A stretch of 64,000 nt of DNA, from contig DATKLF010000112.1 of NCBI GenBank assembly GCA_035542555.1, forward strand, positions 25,487 through 89,486, read 5' to 3'. The DNA comes from Solirubrobacteraceae bacterium. GTDB lineage: Bacteria; Actinomycetota; Thermoleophilia; Solirubrobacterales; Solirubrobacteraceae. This document shows positions 54,723 through 63,246 of the stretch, one piece after another; the first letter of the stretch is position 1, and each line of letters opens with the position of its first letter. Position numbers and translations under genes: made by a program. Under the pieces are notes generated by a model. It saw only the letters and a program-made list of their open reading frames with translations, was not told the DNA's origin and made no database searches.

Positions 54723-55892
54723 ATGGCTGACTCACGCGATCCCCAGGACACCCCGCACGACGAGACGGACTTCCCGTACGGCGAGCTGGACGTCCCGCGC
54801 GGCATCGGACGTCGCGGCTTCCTCGCGGTCGGCGCCGGCGCGATGCTGTGCACGATCGGTGGCAAGAAGATCGCGCTGACCAAGCCGGGCGATGCGGCGA
54901 AGGCCGACGCCGCGGCGGCGATGGTCATGCGCCCCAGCAGCGTCCCGGCGAAGAAGCCCGCCACGGGCGTCCCCGGCGCCGACCCGGTCGACAAGCTCAC
55001 GTTCGGCACGCCCGACCCGCAGCCCGGCTGCGACGTGCAGGAGTACTGGATCCAGGCCACGCAGACGCTCTGGGACATCATCCCCTCGCGCCCGCGGCGC
55101 GACCAGTGGATGGGAACCAACCTGCCCGGACCGAGCGTCTTCCGCGCCTGCGTCTACCAGCAGATGTCGGACGGGTTCGCCGAGCCGGTCGGCCCGGCCG
55201 CGATGCCCGGCCCGATCCTGCAGGCGCGCGTCGGCGACGTCATCAAGGTCCACTTCCGCAACGGCCTGCCGGAGGCGTCGAACCAGGCCGTCACGATGCA
55301 CCCGCACGGGGTCAGATACAACCCGGAGTACGACGCCTCCTACCTGGGCGACTTCACGCGCGCCGGCGGCTACATCGCCCCCGGCGAGGAGTTCACCTAC
55401 ACGTGGGAGTGCCTGCCCGAGTCGGTCGGCGTGTGGCCCTACCACGACCACGGCCCCAACCACGTCCTGAACACCTTCCGCGGGATGTTCGGTGCGCTCA
55501 TCATCCGCGACCGCGACGAGAAGGCCCCCGACGTCGAGCAGGTCCTGTTCTTCCACCAGATGGCCCCGCCGATCACGGGCCTGTCGCGCAACTACGAGGC
55601 CGTCAACGGTCGCGCGTACGCGGGGAACACGCCGACGATCCGCTCGAAGGTCGGCCAGGACGTCGCGATCCACGTGATCGGGATGGACAACGACTTCCAC
55701 GACTTCCACATGCACGGCCACCGCTGGCGCAAGGATGGGACGGGGATCTTCACCGACACCCCGTCGCTCGGTCCCAACGAGACGATCACGGCCCGCTTCA
55801 TCGAAGACAACCCGGGCCGCTGGCTCTACCACTGCCACGTCTTCTCGCACATGGATGCCGGCATGGCCGGCTGGTACATCGTCGAGCCGTAG
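54723..55892 (+). CDS. Tat-exported two-domain multicopper oxidase (small-laccase-like)
   Basis: Twin-arginine GIGRRGFLAVGAG. Copper motifs HPHGV, WPYHDHG, HDFHMHGH, HCHVFSHMDAGM. At 389 aa it is too short for a three-domain MCO. Confidence 0.8.
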   Translation: MADSRDPQDTPHDETDFPYGELDVPRGIGRRGFLAVGAGAMLCTIGGKKIALTKPGDAAKADAAAAMVMRPSSVPAKKPATGVPGADPVDKLTFGTPDPQPGCDVQEYWIQATQTLWDIIPSRPRRDQWMGTNLPGPSVFRACVYQQMSDGFAEPVGPAAMPGPILQARVGDVIKVHFRNGLPEASNQAVTMHPHGVRYNPEYDASYLGDFTRAGGYIAPGEEFTYTWECLPESVGVWPYHDHGPNHVLNTFRGMFGALIIRDRDEKAPDVEQVLFFHQMAPPITGLSRNYEAVNGRAYAGNTPTIRSKVGQDVAIHVIGMDNDFHDFHMHGHRWRKDGTGIFTDTPSLGPNETITARFIEDNPGRWLYHCHVFSHMDAGMAGWYIVEP

Positions 55893-55914
55893 TCCCCACA
55901 GGAGAGGAGCACCC

Positions 55915-57261
55915 GTGTCACGCATCCACGCCGGCGCGAGCGCGCTGTCGCTCGCGGCGATCGCGCTGCTGTCGGTCGCCGGCAGCGCCGGGGCGGCGCG
56001 CATCAGCGCGTCCTACCCGCCGCCGAAGAACCCGACGACCCCGTCGAAGGCGCCCAAGGGCCCGTTCACGACGCGCACGGTCTGCGCGAAGGGCTGCGCC
56101 TACCGCACCATCCAGGCCGCGGTGAACGCCTCCAAGGCCGGCGACACCGTGGAGGTGAAGCCGGGCGTGTACAAGGAGCGGGTCGTCATCAAGGGCCCGA
56201 GCAAGCGCTACCTGACGCTCATCGGCGATCCGAAGAGCCCGGGGAAGGTCGTGCTCGAGGGCAAGGGCTCGACGCCGCGCTCGCTGCCGAACAACGGCAT
56301 CACCATCAACGGCGCCGACCAGGTGACGGTCAACGGCTTCAGCGCGCGCGACTACAGCGGCTACGGCTTCTTCGTGGTCAACAACAACGGCTACCTGCTG
56401 ACGAACCTCGTCGCGAAGTTCGTCGGCGTCTACGGGATCTACGCCTTCAACTCGGTCGGCGGCACGATGTCGAACTCGATCGCGGCGTGGAACAACGACT
56501 CGGGCTTCTACATCGGGCAGACCCCGCCGCAGACCAAGCCCGTGCGCTCCTACATCCGCAACGTCACCGCCTACGGCAACGTGCTCGGCTTCTCCGGGAC
56601 GAACAGCAAGTACGTCACGATCACCCAGTCGCGCTGGTTCAACAACGGCGTGGGGATCGCCCCGAACGCGCTGGATTCCGAGAAGTACGCGCCGCCGGAG
56701 AACAACGTCATCACCGACAACGACGTGTTCTTCAACAACTGGAACTACTACGCCGGCGCGCCGTTCAAGCTGCGCCCGGGCGCGACCGGCGAGGTCGCCT
56801 ACCCGGTCGGCACGGGCATCCTGCTGTTCGGCGGGCGCAACACCGAGGTCTCGAAGAACCGCGTGTACGGCAACTACCTGATGGGCATCGGCGCGATCCA
56901 GCAGCTGCTGCTCAAGCAGCAGGACGCGCGCGACCTCATCGGCAACCGCATCCTGAACAACGTCTTCGGGAACGCCGGCAACAACCTCAACGGGCGCGAC
57001 CTGTTCTACGACGGGGACGGCTCGGGGAACTGCGTCGGTCCGAACACCGGCGTCCAGCTGACCGTGCCGGCGGATGGCTCGACGTTCCAGCCGTGCCCCT
57101 TCACCGGCGCCAACACCTTCAGCTCCTCGGCGCAGGGGGAGGCCGTCAACTGGACGATCACCGACCCCACGCACGAGGCCTTCTGGATCAAGCATCCCCA
57201 GGCTCCGATTCCCGGCATCACGCCGATGGAGCACTGGGACTCGTCGATCGGAGTGAAGTGA
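55915..57261 (+). CDS. Secreted right-handed parallel beta-helix (PbH1/NosD-like) repeat protein, paralog 1
   Basis: GTG after GGAGAGGAG. Signal peptide SALSLAAIALLSVAGSAGA. VCAKGCAYRTIQAAVNASKAGDTVEVKPGVYKERV and repetitive N/G-rich turns. Confidence 0.6.
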   Translation: MSRIHAGASALSLAAIALLSVAGSAGAARISASYPPPKNPTTPSKAPKGPFTTRTVCAKGCAYRTIQAAVNASKAGDTVEVKPGVYKERVVIKGPSKRYLTLIGDPKSPGKVVLEGKGSTPRSLPNNGITINGADQVTVNGFSARDYSGYGFFVVNNNGYLLTNLVAKFVGVYGIYAFNSVGGTMSNSIAAWNNDSGFYIGQTPPQTKPVRSYIRNVTAYGNVLGFSGTNSKYVTITQSRWFNNGVGIAPNALDSEKYAPPENNVITDNDVFFNNWNYYAGAPFKLRPGATGEVAYPVGTGILLFGGRNTEVSKNRVYGNYLMGIGAIQQLLLKQQDARDLIGNRILNNVFGNAGNNLNGRDLFYDGDGSGNCVGPNTGVQLTVPADGSTFQPCPFTGANTFSSSAQGEAVNWTITDPTHEAFWIKHPQAPIPGITPMEHWDSSIGVK

Positions 57262-57629
57262 GATCACGCAAGTCGCTGGTAGCGCTCCTCGCGCTGACGG
57301 GCGTCGCGGCGATGGCCGCGGTGCCCGCCCAGGCGGGGACCGCCAAGCAGCCGAAGAAGACCGTCACGGTCAACGACAACTACTACGGGCCGTCGAAGCT
57401 GACGGTCAAGTCGGGCACGAAGGTCACGTGGGACTGGACGTACGACACGACGGACATCCACGACGTGAAGCTCGTGTCGGCCCCCAAGGGGGTCAAGCAG
57501 TTCCAGTCGGGCGCCGCGGCGGCCGGCTACGAGTACAGCAAGGCGCTCACCAAGCCGGGCGTCTACAAGTTCATCTGCACCTTCCACGTATCGGATGGCA
57601 TGAAAATGACAATCACGGTGCGCAAGTGA
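57258..57629 (+). CDS. Secreted cupredoxin (type-1 blue copper protein)
   Basis: The GTG overlaps the upstream stop (GTGA). Signal peptide LVALLALTGVAAMAAVPAQA. Ligand pattern: H in DIHDV, then C-x2-H-x4-M in CTFHVSDGM. Confidence 0.7.
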   Translation: MRSRKSLVALLALTGVAAMAAVPAQAGTAKQPKKTVTVNDNYYGPSKLTVKSGTKVTWDWTYDTTDIHDVKLVSAPKGVKQFQSGAAAAGYEYSKALTKPGVYKFICTFHVSDGMKMTITVRK

Positions 57630-59023
57630 TGCGCGTCTCCATCATCGCGGCGACGACGGTTGTCGTCGCCCTGTCCAGCACCGGCGTCGCGGGCGCCGCG
57701 ACCGGCTACCCGCCGCCGAAGAACCCGCTCGTCCAGTCGGCCGCGCCGAAGGGACCGTTCCACACGCTCAAGGTGTGCGCCAAGGGCTGCGCCTACAAGA
57801 GCATCCAGCAGGCCGTCAACGCCGCCAAGGCGGGTGACACGATCAAGGTCGCACCCGGCACCTACCGGGAGCGCGTGATCGTCAAGGGCCCGAGCAAGCG
57901 CTACCTGAAGATCATCGGTGACCCGAAGAACCCGGGCAAGGTGGTCCTCAGCGGGAAGAAGTCGACGCCGCGCACGGTCCCCAACAACGGGATCAGCGTC
58001 AACGGCGCCGACAACGTCACTGTCAACGGCCTGTCGGCCTTCGACTACAACGGGTACGGCTTCTTCGCCGTGAACGTCAACGACTACCTGTTCACGAACC
58101 TCGTCGCCAAGCGCGACGGCGTGTACGGGATCTACGCGTTCAACTCGGTCGGCGGGACGATCTCGAACTCGACCGCGGCGTGGAACAACGACTCGGGCTT
58201 CTACATCGGCCAGACGCCGGTGCAGACCAAGCCCAAGCGCTCGTACATCACGAACGTCGTCTCCTACGGCAACCAGCTCGGCTACTCGGGCACGAACATG
58301 CGGTACGTGACGATCACGAAGTCGAAGTGGTTCAACAACGGCATCGGGCTCGTCCCGAACGCGCTGGACTCCGAGAAGTACGCGCCGCCGGAGAAGAACG
58401 TCATCAGCGACAACGACATCTTCTGGAACAACTTCAACTACTACGCCGGCACCCCGTGGAAGCTCGCGGCGACGTCGACCGGGACCAACTTCCCCGTCGG
58501 CATCGGCGTGTTGCTGTTCGGCGGCCGTGACAACCGCGTGGAGAACAACCGCGTCTGGGGCAACTACCTTGGGGGCGTCGGCGGCCTGCAGCAGGCGCTG
58601 CTCAAGCAGGTCGACGCGCAGGAGCTCCAGGGCAACATCGTCCGGGGCAACGACTACTCCAATGGCGGCAAGAACCCCAACGGGCGCGACCTGTTCTACG
58701 ACGGCGACGGGAAGAACAACTGCTTCGACCCGACCGGCACGCAGAACAACGAGCCGCAGGACAACCGCACGCTGGTGGCGTGCGGGGAGCAGGGCTACAC
58801 CGGCCCGAACTTCTACAGCGGCGTCGGCTTCGCGGGCGGCAAGTCCGACCTGAACGCGCTGCTGACCGGCAACCCGGAGTTCGGGACGATCGCTGGTTGG
58901 GCGCTGAGCATCGACAAGAAGAACCCGGCCTCGGCCGAGGCGGCGTGGGTCAAGCCCGCCCAGGCCCCGATCCCGGGCTACACGATGATGGAGCACTGGA
59001 CGCCCTCGATGGGCGCCAACTGA
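57629..59023 (+). CDS. Secreted right-handed parallel beta-helix (PbH1/NosD-like) repeat protein, paralog 2
   Basis: The ATG overlaps the upstream stop (TGATG). It shares long identical runs with paralog 1: GVYGIYAFNSVGGT, AAWNNDSGFYIGQTP, PNALDSEKYAPPE. Confidence 0.6.
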   Translation: MRVSIIAATTVVVALSSTGVAGAATGYPPPKNPLVQSAAPKGPFHTLKVCAKGCAYKSIQQAVNAAKAGDTIKVAPGTYRERVIVKGPSKRYLKIIGDPKNPGKVVLSGKKSTPRTVPNNGISVNGADNVTVNGLSAFDYNGYGFFAVNVNDYLFTNLVAKRDGVYGIYAFNSVGGTISNSTAAWNNDSGFYIGQTPVQTKPKRSYITNVVSYGNQLGYSGTNMRYVTITKSKWFNNGIGLVPNALDSEKYAPPEKNVISDNDIFWNNFNYYAGTPWKLAATSTGTNFPVGIGVLLFGGRDNRVENNRVWGNYLGGVGGLQQALLKQVDAQELQGNIVRGNDYSNGGKNPNGRDLFYDGDGKNNCFDPTGTQNNEPQDNRTLVACGEQGYTGPNFYSGVGFAGGKSDLNALLTGNPEFGTIAGWALSIDKKNPASAEAAWVKPAQAPIPGYTMMEHWTPSMGAN

Positions 59024-59053
59024 GCGCTTCTCGTCGTACTCGACGGACGGTCG

Positions 59054-59075
59054 CGGGGCGCCTTGGGGCGCCCCG
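59054..59075. terminator. Hairpin CGGGGCGCC-TTGG-GGCGCCCCG between convergent genes
   Basis: 9-bp perfect GC stem read directly from the sequence. It lies between the beta-helix paralog 2 stop (59023) and the hemolysin-III stop (59103). Confidence 0.5.
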
Positions 59076-59102
59076 TCGCCGTTCCGGGGAAGACCTCGCC
59101 CC

Positions 59103-59909
59103 CTACTTCGCGAACGGCAGCACGGCGAACGCGATCACCGCGTAGTGGGCCCCGGCCGCGCCGGTGACGAGCGTGTGGAAGACCTCGTGGTAGCCGAAGG
59201 TCTGCGGGCGCGGGTCGGGGCGCCCGGTGGCGTAGATCACCGCCCCGGTCGTGTAGAGCGCGCCGCCGAGCGCCAGCCCGAGCACGGGCAGCCACCCCAG
59301 CGTCTCGATGAGCTGCGGTGCGGCGACGAGCGCGACCATCCCGAGCGTGACGTAGACGATCGCCGAGACCCACTTGGGCGCGCTGACCCAGGCGAGGCTC
59401 AGCACGACGCCGGCCAGCGCGCCGCCCCAGACGACGGCGAGGATCGCCGTCGCCAGCGTTCCCCGCAGCACGAGCATCGCGAACGGCGTGAAGGTCGCCG
59501 CGATGAAGATGAAGATCATCGAATGGTCCAGGCGGCGCATCCAGGTGCGCGCGCGTGGCCCCCATTCGTGGCGGTGGTAGAGGGCGCTGACGCCGAACAG
59601 GCCGCAGATCCCGAGGGCGTAGACGGCGGTCGCCGGGCGCTCGTGGGCGCTCGAGGCGGCGACGAGGATCACGCCGAGCACGATCGCGGCGAAGAAGGCG
59701 TACTCGTGGATCACGCCGCGCAGCCGCGGCTTGACCTTGGCGACGACGGCCGCGGCGCGGTCGGCGGCCTCGCCGGCGCCGGCGCGGGCGGCCTCGACGC
59801 CGCGAGCGGCGGCGTCCTGCGCGGCCTCCATGCGGCGCGAGGCGGCCTGCTGGCCGCGCTGCATCGCGTCCGCGGCCTGTTCGCGCATCCGCTCGACCCG
59901 CTCGGTCAT
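59103..59909 (-). CDS. Hemolysin III / PAQR-family membrane protein
   Basis: Start at MTERVERM (59909). HEYAFF, ALYH, LDHSMIFIFIAATFTPF, YHEVFH. The longer ORF to 60659 is a shadow frame. Confidence 0.75.
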   Translation of the reverse strand: MTERVERMREQAADAMQRGQQAASRRMEAAQDAAARGVEAARAGAGEAADRAAAVVAKVKPRLRGVIHEYAFFAAIVLGVILVAASSAHERPATAVYALGICGLFGVSALYHRHEWGPRARTWMRRLDHSMIFIFIAATFTPFAMLVLRGTLATAILAVVWGGALAGVVLSLAWVSAPKWVSAIVYVTLGMVALVAAPQLIETLGWLPVLGLALGGALYTTGAVIYATGRPDPRPQTFGYHEVFHTLVTGAAGAHYAVIAFAVLPFAK

Positions 59910-59965
59910 GAGCGCAGGGTACTCCGGCGCCTCGCCGGCGCAAGCCGGGTGGCCCGATGGCTTCG

Positions 59966-60526
59966 TCAGCCGCCGTACGCGCCGCGCAGCAGCGCCATCA
60001 TCGTCCCGGCCGTCCCCGGGGCGGGCGTGCCGCTCGCATCGGAGAAGCCGATCTCCAGGTGCGGGCTCGAGGAGATCCCCACGATCCCCGCACCGACCTC
60101 GCCGATCACCTGGCCGGCGGCGACGCGCGTGCCGATCGCGACCGCGTTGCCGGGACCGGCGTGGCCGTAGTACACGTAGCGGCCGTCGTCGAGGTGCAGC
60201 ACCGGGGCCCAGGCGCCGAAGCCGCCGATCCCATGGAGGACGACCGTGCCGGATCCGACGGCGAGCAGCGGGGTGTGGCCGGGTGCCGAGACGTCGACGC
60301 CCTGGTCGAGCGTCCAGGTGCCCGGCGGCGAGGCTGCGCGGGCGGGCATCGGGAACACGAACCCGCCGCCGCGCAGCAGGGTGGCCGGCGAGGAGGGCGC
60401 GCCCGCGCCCTGCGGGCCGACGCTGGCCTGGCGGCGCTGGACCGCCTGCAGCTGCGCGCGCAGCTGCGCCTCCTGTGCGCGGACTCGCGCGAGCGCTCCC
60501 GCGGTAGCCGTGGCGCGAGCGCGCAT
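59966..60526 (-). CDS. M23/LytM-like domain protein without a recognisable signal peptide (possibly truncated or degenerate)
   Basis: Coiled-coil ARVRAQEAQLRAQLQAVQRRQA, then DQGVDVSAPGHTPLLAVGSGTVV...YYGH...GQVIGEVG...SSPHLEIGF. Confidence 0.5.
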   Translation of the reverse strand: MRARATATAGALARVRAQEAQLRAQLQAVQRRQASVGPQGAGAPSSPATLLRGGGFVFPMPARAASPPGTWTLDQGVDVSAPGHTPLLAVGSGTVVLHGIGGFGAWAPVLHLDDGRYVYYGHAGPGNAVAIGTRVAAGQVIGEVGAGIVGISSSPHLEIGFSDASGTPAPGTAGTMMALLRGAYGG

Positions 60527-60601
60527 GCAGCCAGTATCGCGTGCGGTGCCCGCGGGTGCGACGGCTGCCACGGCGCTTGCAGGCCGCCTTCGGGCCGCTG
60601 C

Positions 60602-62059
60602 TCAGGCGCCCAGCGGGGCGGGGGCCGCCGCGTGGATCGGCGGGACGCGGCCCGCCCACGGCTGCGCCTGCTCGAGCTGCGCGGCAAGGGCGAGCAGCGT
60701 CGCCTCGTCGCCGAAGCGCCCCACGAGCTGCATGCCGATCGGCAGGCCCTCCTCGCTCATCTGCAGCGGCAGGCTGATCGCCGGTTGGCCGGTGGCGTTG
60801 AACACCGGAAGGAAGGTCTCGAGGTCCGACCAGGAGGCGAACAGCTCGCGCGGCGGGACGTCCGCCAGCGGGTCATAACGCCCGACCGGCGCGGGGAGCG
60901 CGCCCAGCGTCGGTGTCAGCAGCGCGTCGTAGCCCGCGAAGAACGCGCCGATCTGGCGGGAGAGCACGTTCACGTCGCCGAGGGCGTCGAGCAGCCTGCC
61001 GGAGCCGAGGCTGCGGCCGTGCTCGACCATCGCGAGCGTCGTCCCCTCCAGCGTCCCGGGCCCCGGCTCGCGCCCGACGAGCGCTGCGAAGCCGTCGACC
61101 GAGTGCGCCAGGTCGGCGGCCCAGATCGTGGTCATCGCGCCGAGGAACTGCTCCCACTCGAAGGCCGGCCGCGCCTGCTCGACCTCGTGCCCCAGCTGCG
61201 CGAGCAGGCCGGCCGTCGCCTCGCAGGCCGCCCGCACGCGCGGATCGCCGGGCGCGCCGGACCACGGCTCGTGGCAGAACGCGATGCGCAGCGCCTGCGA
61301 CGGGCCCGTGAGCTCGTCGGCGTAGGCGCGGCTGGGAGCGGGCGCGACGTTGGGGTCGCCCGACGCCGGTTCGCGCAGCACGTCGAGCGCGACCGCCGCG
61401 TCGCGCACGCTGCGCGTGACGACGAAGTGCACCGCCCAGCCGCTGAGCGGCTCGGCGGCCGACGGCGCCCAGGTGACCCGCCCGCGCGTCGGCTTGAGGC
61501 CGACGACGCCGCAGGCGGATGCGGGGATGCGGATGGAGCCGCCGCCGTCGCTGGCGGTCGCGATCGGGACGATTCCCGCGCCGACCGCCGCCGCGCTGCC
61601 GCCGCTCGACCCGCCGGCCATGCGCCCCGCGCTCCACGGGCTGCACGTCGGGCCCTGCGCCAGCGTCTCGGTGGTGCCCATCACGCCGAACTCCGAGGTT
61701 GTCGCGCGCCCGACGGGGGCCAGGCCGGCGCCGCGCAGGCGCCGCACCCACTCCGAGGCGACCGGCGCGACCCAGCCGGCCGCAAGGCGGCTGCCGTTCT
61801 CGCAGGTGCGCCCGGCGTCGCCGTGGAAGAGGTCCTTCAGCAGCAGCGGCACACCGGCGAACGGCCCGCCCGCCGCCGCGGCCGCATCGCCCGCGGCCTG
61901 GTGGTCGGGGTAGATCTCGACGACCGCGCCGAGGATGCCGTCGACGCGCTCGGTCGCCGCCGCAGCGAGCTCGGCGAGCTCGGCGCCGCTGACCTCGCCG
62001 TGACGGACCAGGTGCGAGAGCGCGAGGGCGTCGTGACGGGCGTACTCCTCGAGGTACAT
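60602..62059 (-). CDS. Amidase (amidase-signature family)
   Basis: GGSSGGSAAAVGAGIVPIATASDGGGSIRIPASACGVVGLKPTRG. Confidence 0.85.
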   Translation of the reverse strand: MYLEEYARHDALALSHLVRHGEVSGAELAELAAAATERVDGILGAVVEIYPDHQAAGDAAAAAGGPFAGVPLLLKDLFHGDAGRTCENGSRLAAGWVAPVASEWVRRLRGAGLAPVGRATTSEFGVMGTTETLAQGPTCSPWSAGRMAGGSSGGSAAAVGAGIVPIATASDGGGSIRIPASACGVVGLKPTRGRVTWAPSAAEPLSGWAVHFVVTRSVRDAAVALDVLREPASGDPNVAPAPSRAYADELTGPSQALRIAFCHEPWSGAPGDPRVRAACEATAGLLAQLGHEVEQARPAFEWEQFLGAMTTIWAADLAHSVDGFAALVGREPGPGTLEGTTLAMVEHGRSLGSGRLLDALGDVNVLSRQIGAFFAGYDALLTPTLGALPAPVGRYDPLADVPPRELFASWSDLETFLPVFNATGQPAISLPLQMSEEGLPIGMQLVGRFGDEATLLALAAQLEQAQPWAGRVPPIHAAAPAPLGA

Positions 62060-62113
62060 CAGCGCAGAGTATGCCGCCGGCCGCGACCGCGGCCGCGACT
62101 ACCCTGTAGCGCG

Positions 62114-63190
62114 ATGGTCGCGCCCGAAGCCGCCACCCCGGAGACGTGCGAGCTCGACGTCACCTTCCGCTCCGTGGTCGCCTGGGAGCCGGATGAGCAC
62201 CTCGTCGAGGCGTTCGCCTCCTCCTGGCCCGCCTACCGCGGCTGGTTCCTGCGCGACGGCGAGGAGCGCCGTTCGTCGTACGCGGAGTGCGCGCGGGCGC
62301 TGGAGCAGCACATGCCGGAGCTCATCGGAACCTACGAGCGGCTCGTGGAGCTGCACGGGGGCGGCGACGTCGAGGCGCGCTTCCTGTCGCTGTGGAACCC
62401 GCCGCCGCTGTTCGCCGGCTGCTCGGTCGCCGCCTGGACGGGCGCAGACGGCCCGGCGCTGGTGCGCAACTACGACTTCGTGCCGATGATGTGCGACACG
62501 ACGCTGCTGGCGAGCGCGTGGAACGGCACGCGGGTGCTGGCGATGAGCGACTGCCTGTGGGGGGTGCTCGACGGGGTCAACGAGCACGGCCTGGCCGTGG
62601 CGCTGGCGTTCGGCGGCCGCGAGATCACCGGCCCCGGCTTCGCGGTCACGCTCGTGCTGCGCTACGTGCTCGAGCTGTGCCGCGACACCGACGAGGCGAT
62701 CGCGGCGATCTCCCGAATCCCGGTCAACATGGCCTACAACGTCGGCGTCGTCGACGCCTCCGGCTCCGCGGCGATGGTGCAGCTGTCGCCCGACCGCGAG
62801 GCGCGCATCACGGGCACGCTCAGCTGCGGCAACCGCCAGGTCGCGGACGAGTGGCGCGAGTACGAGGAGTTCAGCGGCACCGTCGAGCGCGAGGCGCTGC
62901 TGGCCGGCGCGCTCGCCGATCCGGCGACCACCCGCGCCGCGCTCGAGGCGCTGTTCCTGACCGAGCCCGTCTACCGCCCGCCCGCAGCGCATCCGTGGGG
63001 CACGGTCTACAGCGCGAGCTACGACTGCGGCGCCCCCGCTGTCAGGCTCTCGTGGCCGGACGCCTCCTGGTCGGTTCCGCTGGCCGCTCCGCGCGAGGAA
63101 CAGGTCGCGCGCACCGTCCGCGCGCAGATCCCGCCCTCGCCGCCCGTCGAATGGCGGGTGCCGGTCGCCGCGCCCGTGATCGTCGCCTGA
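62114..63190 (+). CDS. Peptidase C45 / acyl-CoA:6-aminopenicillanic-acid acyltransferase-like Ntn hydrolase
   Basis: ATG at 62114 within the long shadow ORF 59957..63190. FAGCSVAAW (candidate nucleophile Cys), RNYDF, GVNEHGLAVAL pattern. Moderate call. Confidence 0.45.
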   Translation: MVAPEAATPETCELDVTFRSVVAWEPDEHLVEAFASSWPAYRGWFLRDGEERRSSYAECARALEQHMPELIGTYERLVELHGGGDVEARFLSLWNPPPLFAGCSVAAWTGADGPALVRNYDFVPMMCDTTLLASAWNGTRVLAMSDCLWGVLDGVNEHGLAVALAFGGREITGPGFAVTLVLRYVLELCRDTDEAIAAISRIPVNMAYNVGVVDASGSAAMVQLSPDREARITGTLSCGNRQVADEWREYEEFSGTVEREALLAGALADPATTRAALEALFLTEPVYRPPAAHPWGTVYSASYDCGAPAVRLSWPDASWSVPLAAPREEQVARTVRAQIPPSPPVEWRVPVAAPVIVA

Positions 63191-63246
63191 CGCGGGGTCT
63201 CGCGCTGCGGTGGCCACGCCGGATCCGGCGTGAGAGACTCGGGCGC

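Noticed and set aside
59103-60659. 518-aa ORF on the minus strand spanning the hemolysin-III and M23 regions
   Set aside because: Only the C-terminal part, from MTERVERM at 59909, looks like a real PAQR/hemolysin-III protein. The upstream part is Arg/Pro/Gly-rich shadow sequence overlapping the M23-like gene in another frame.
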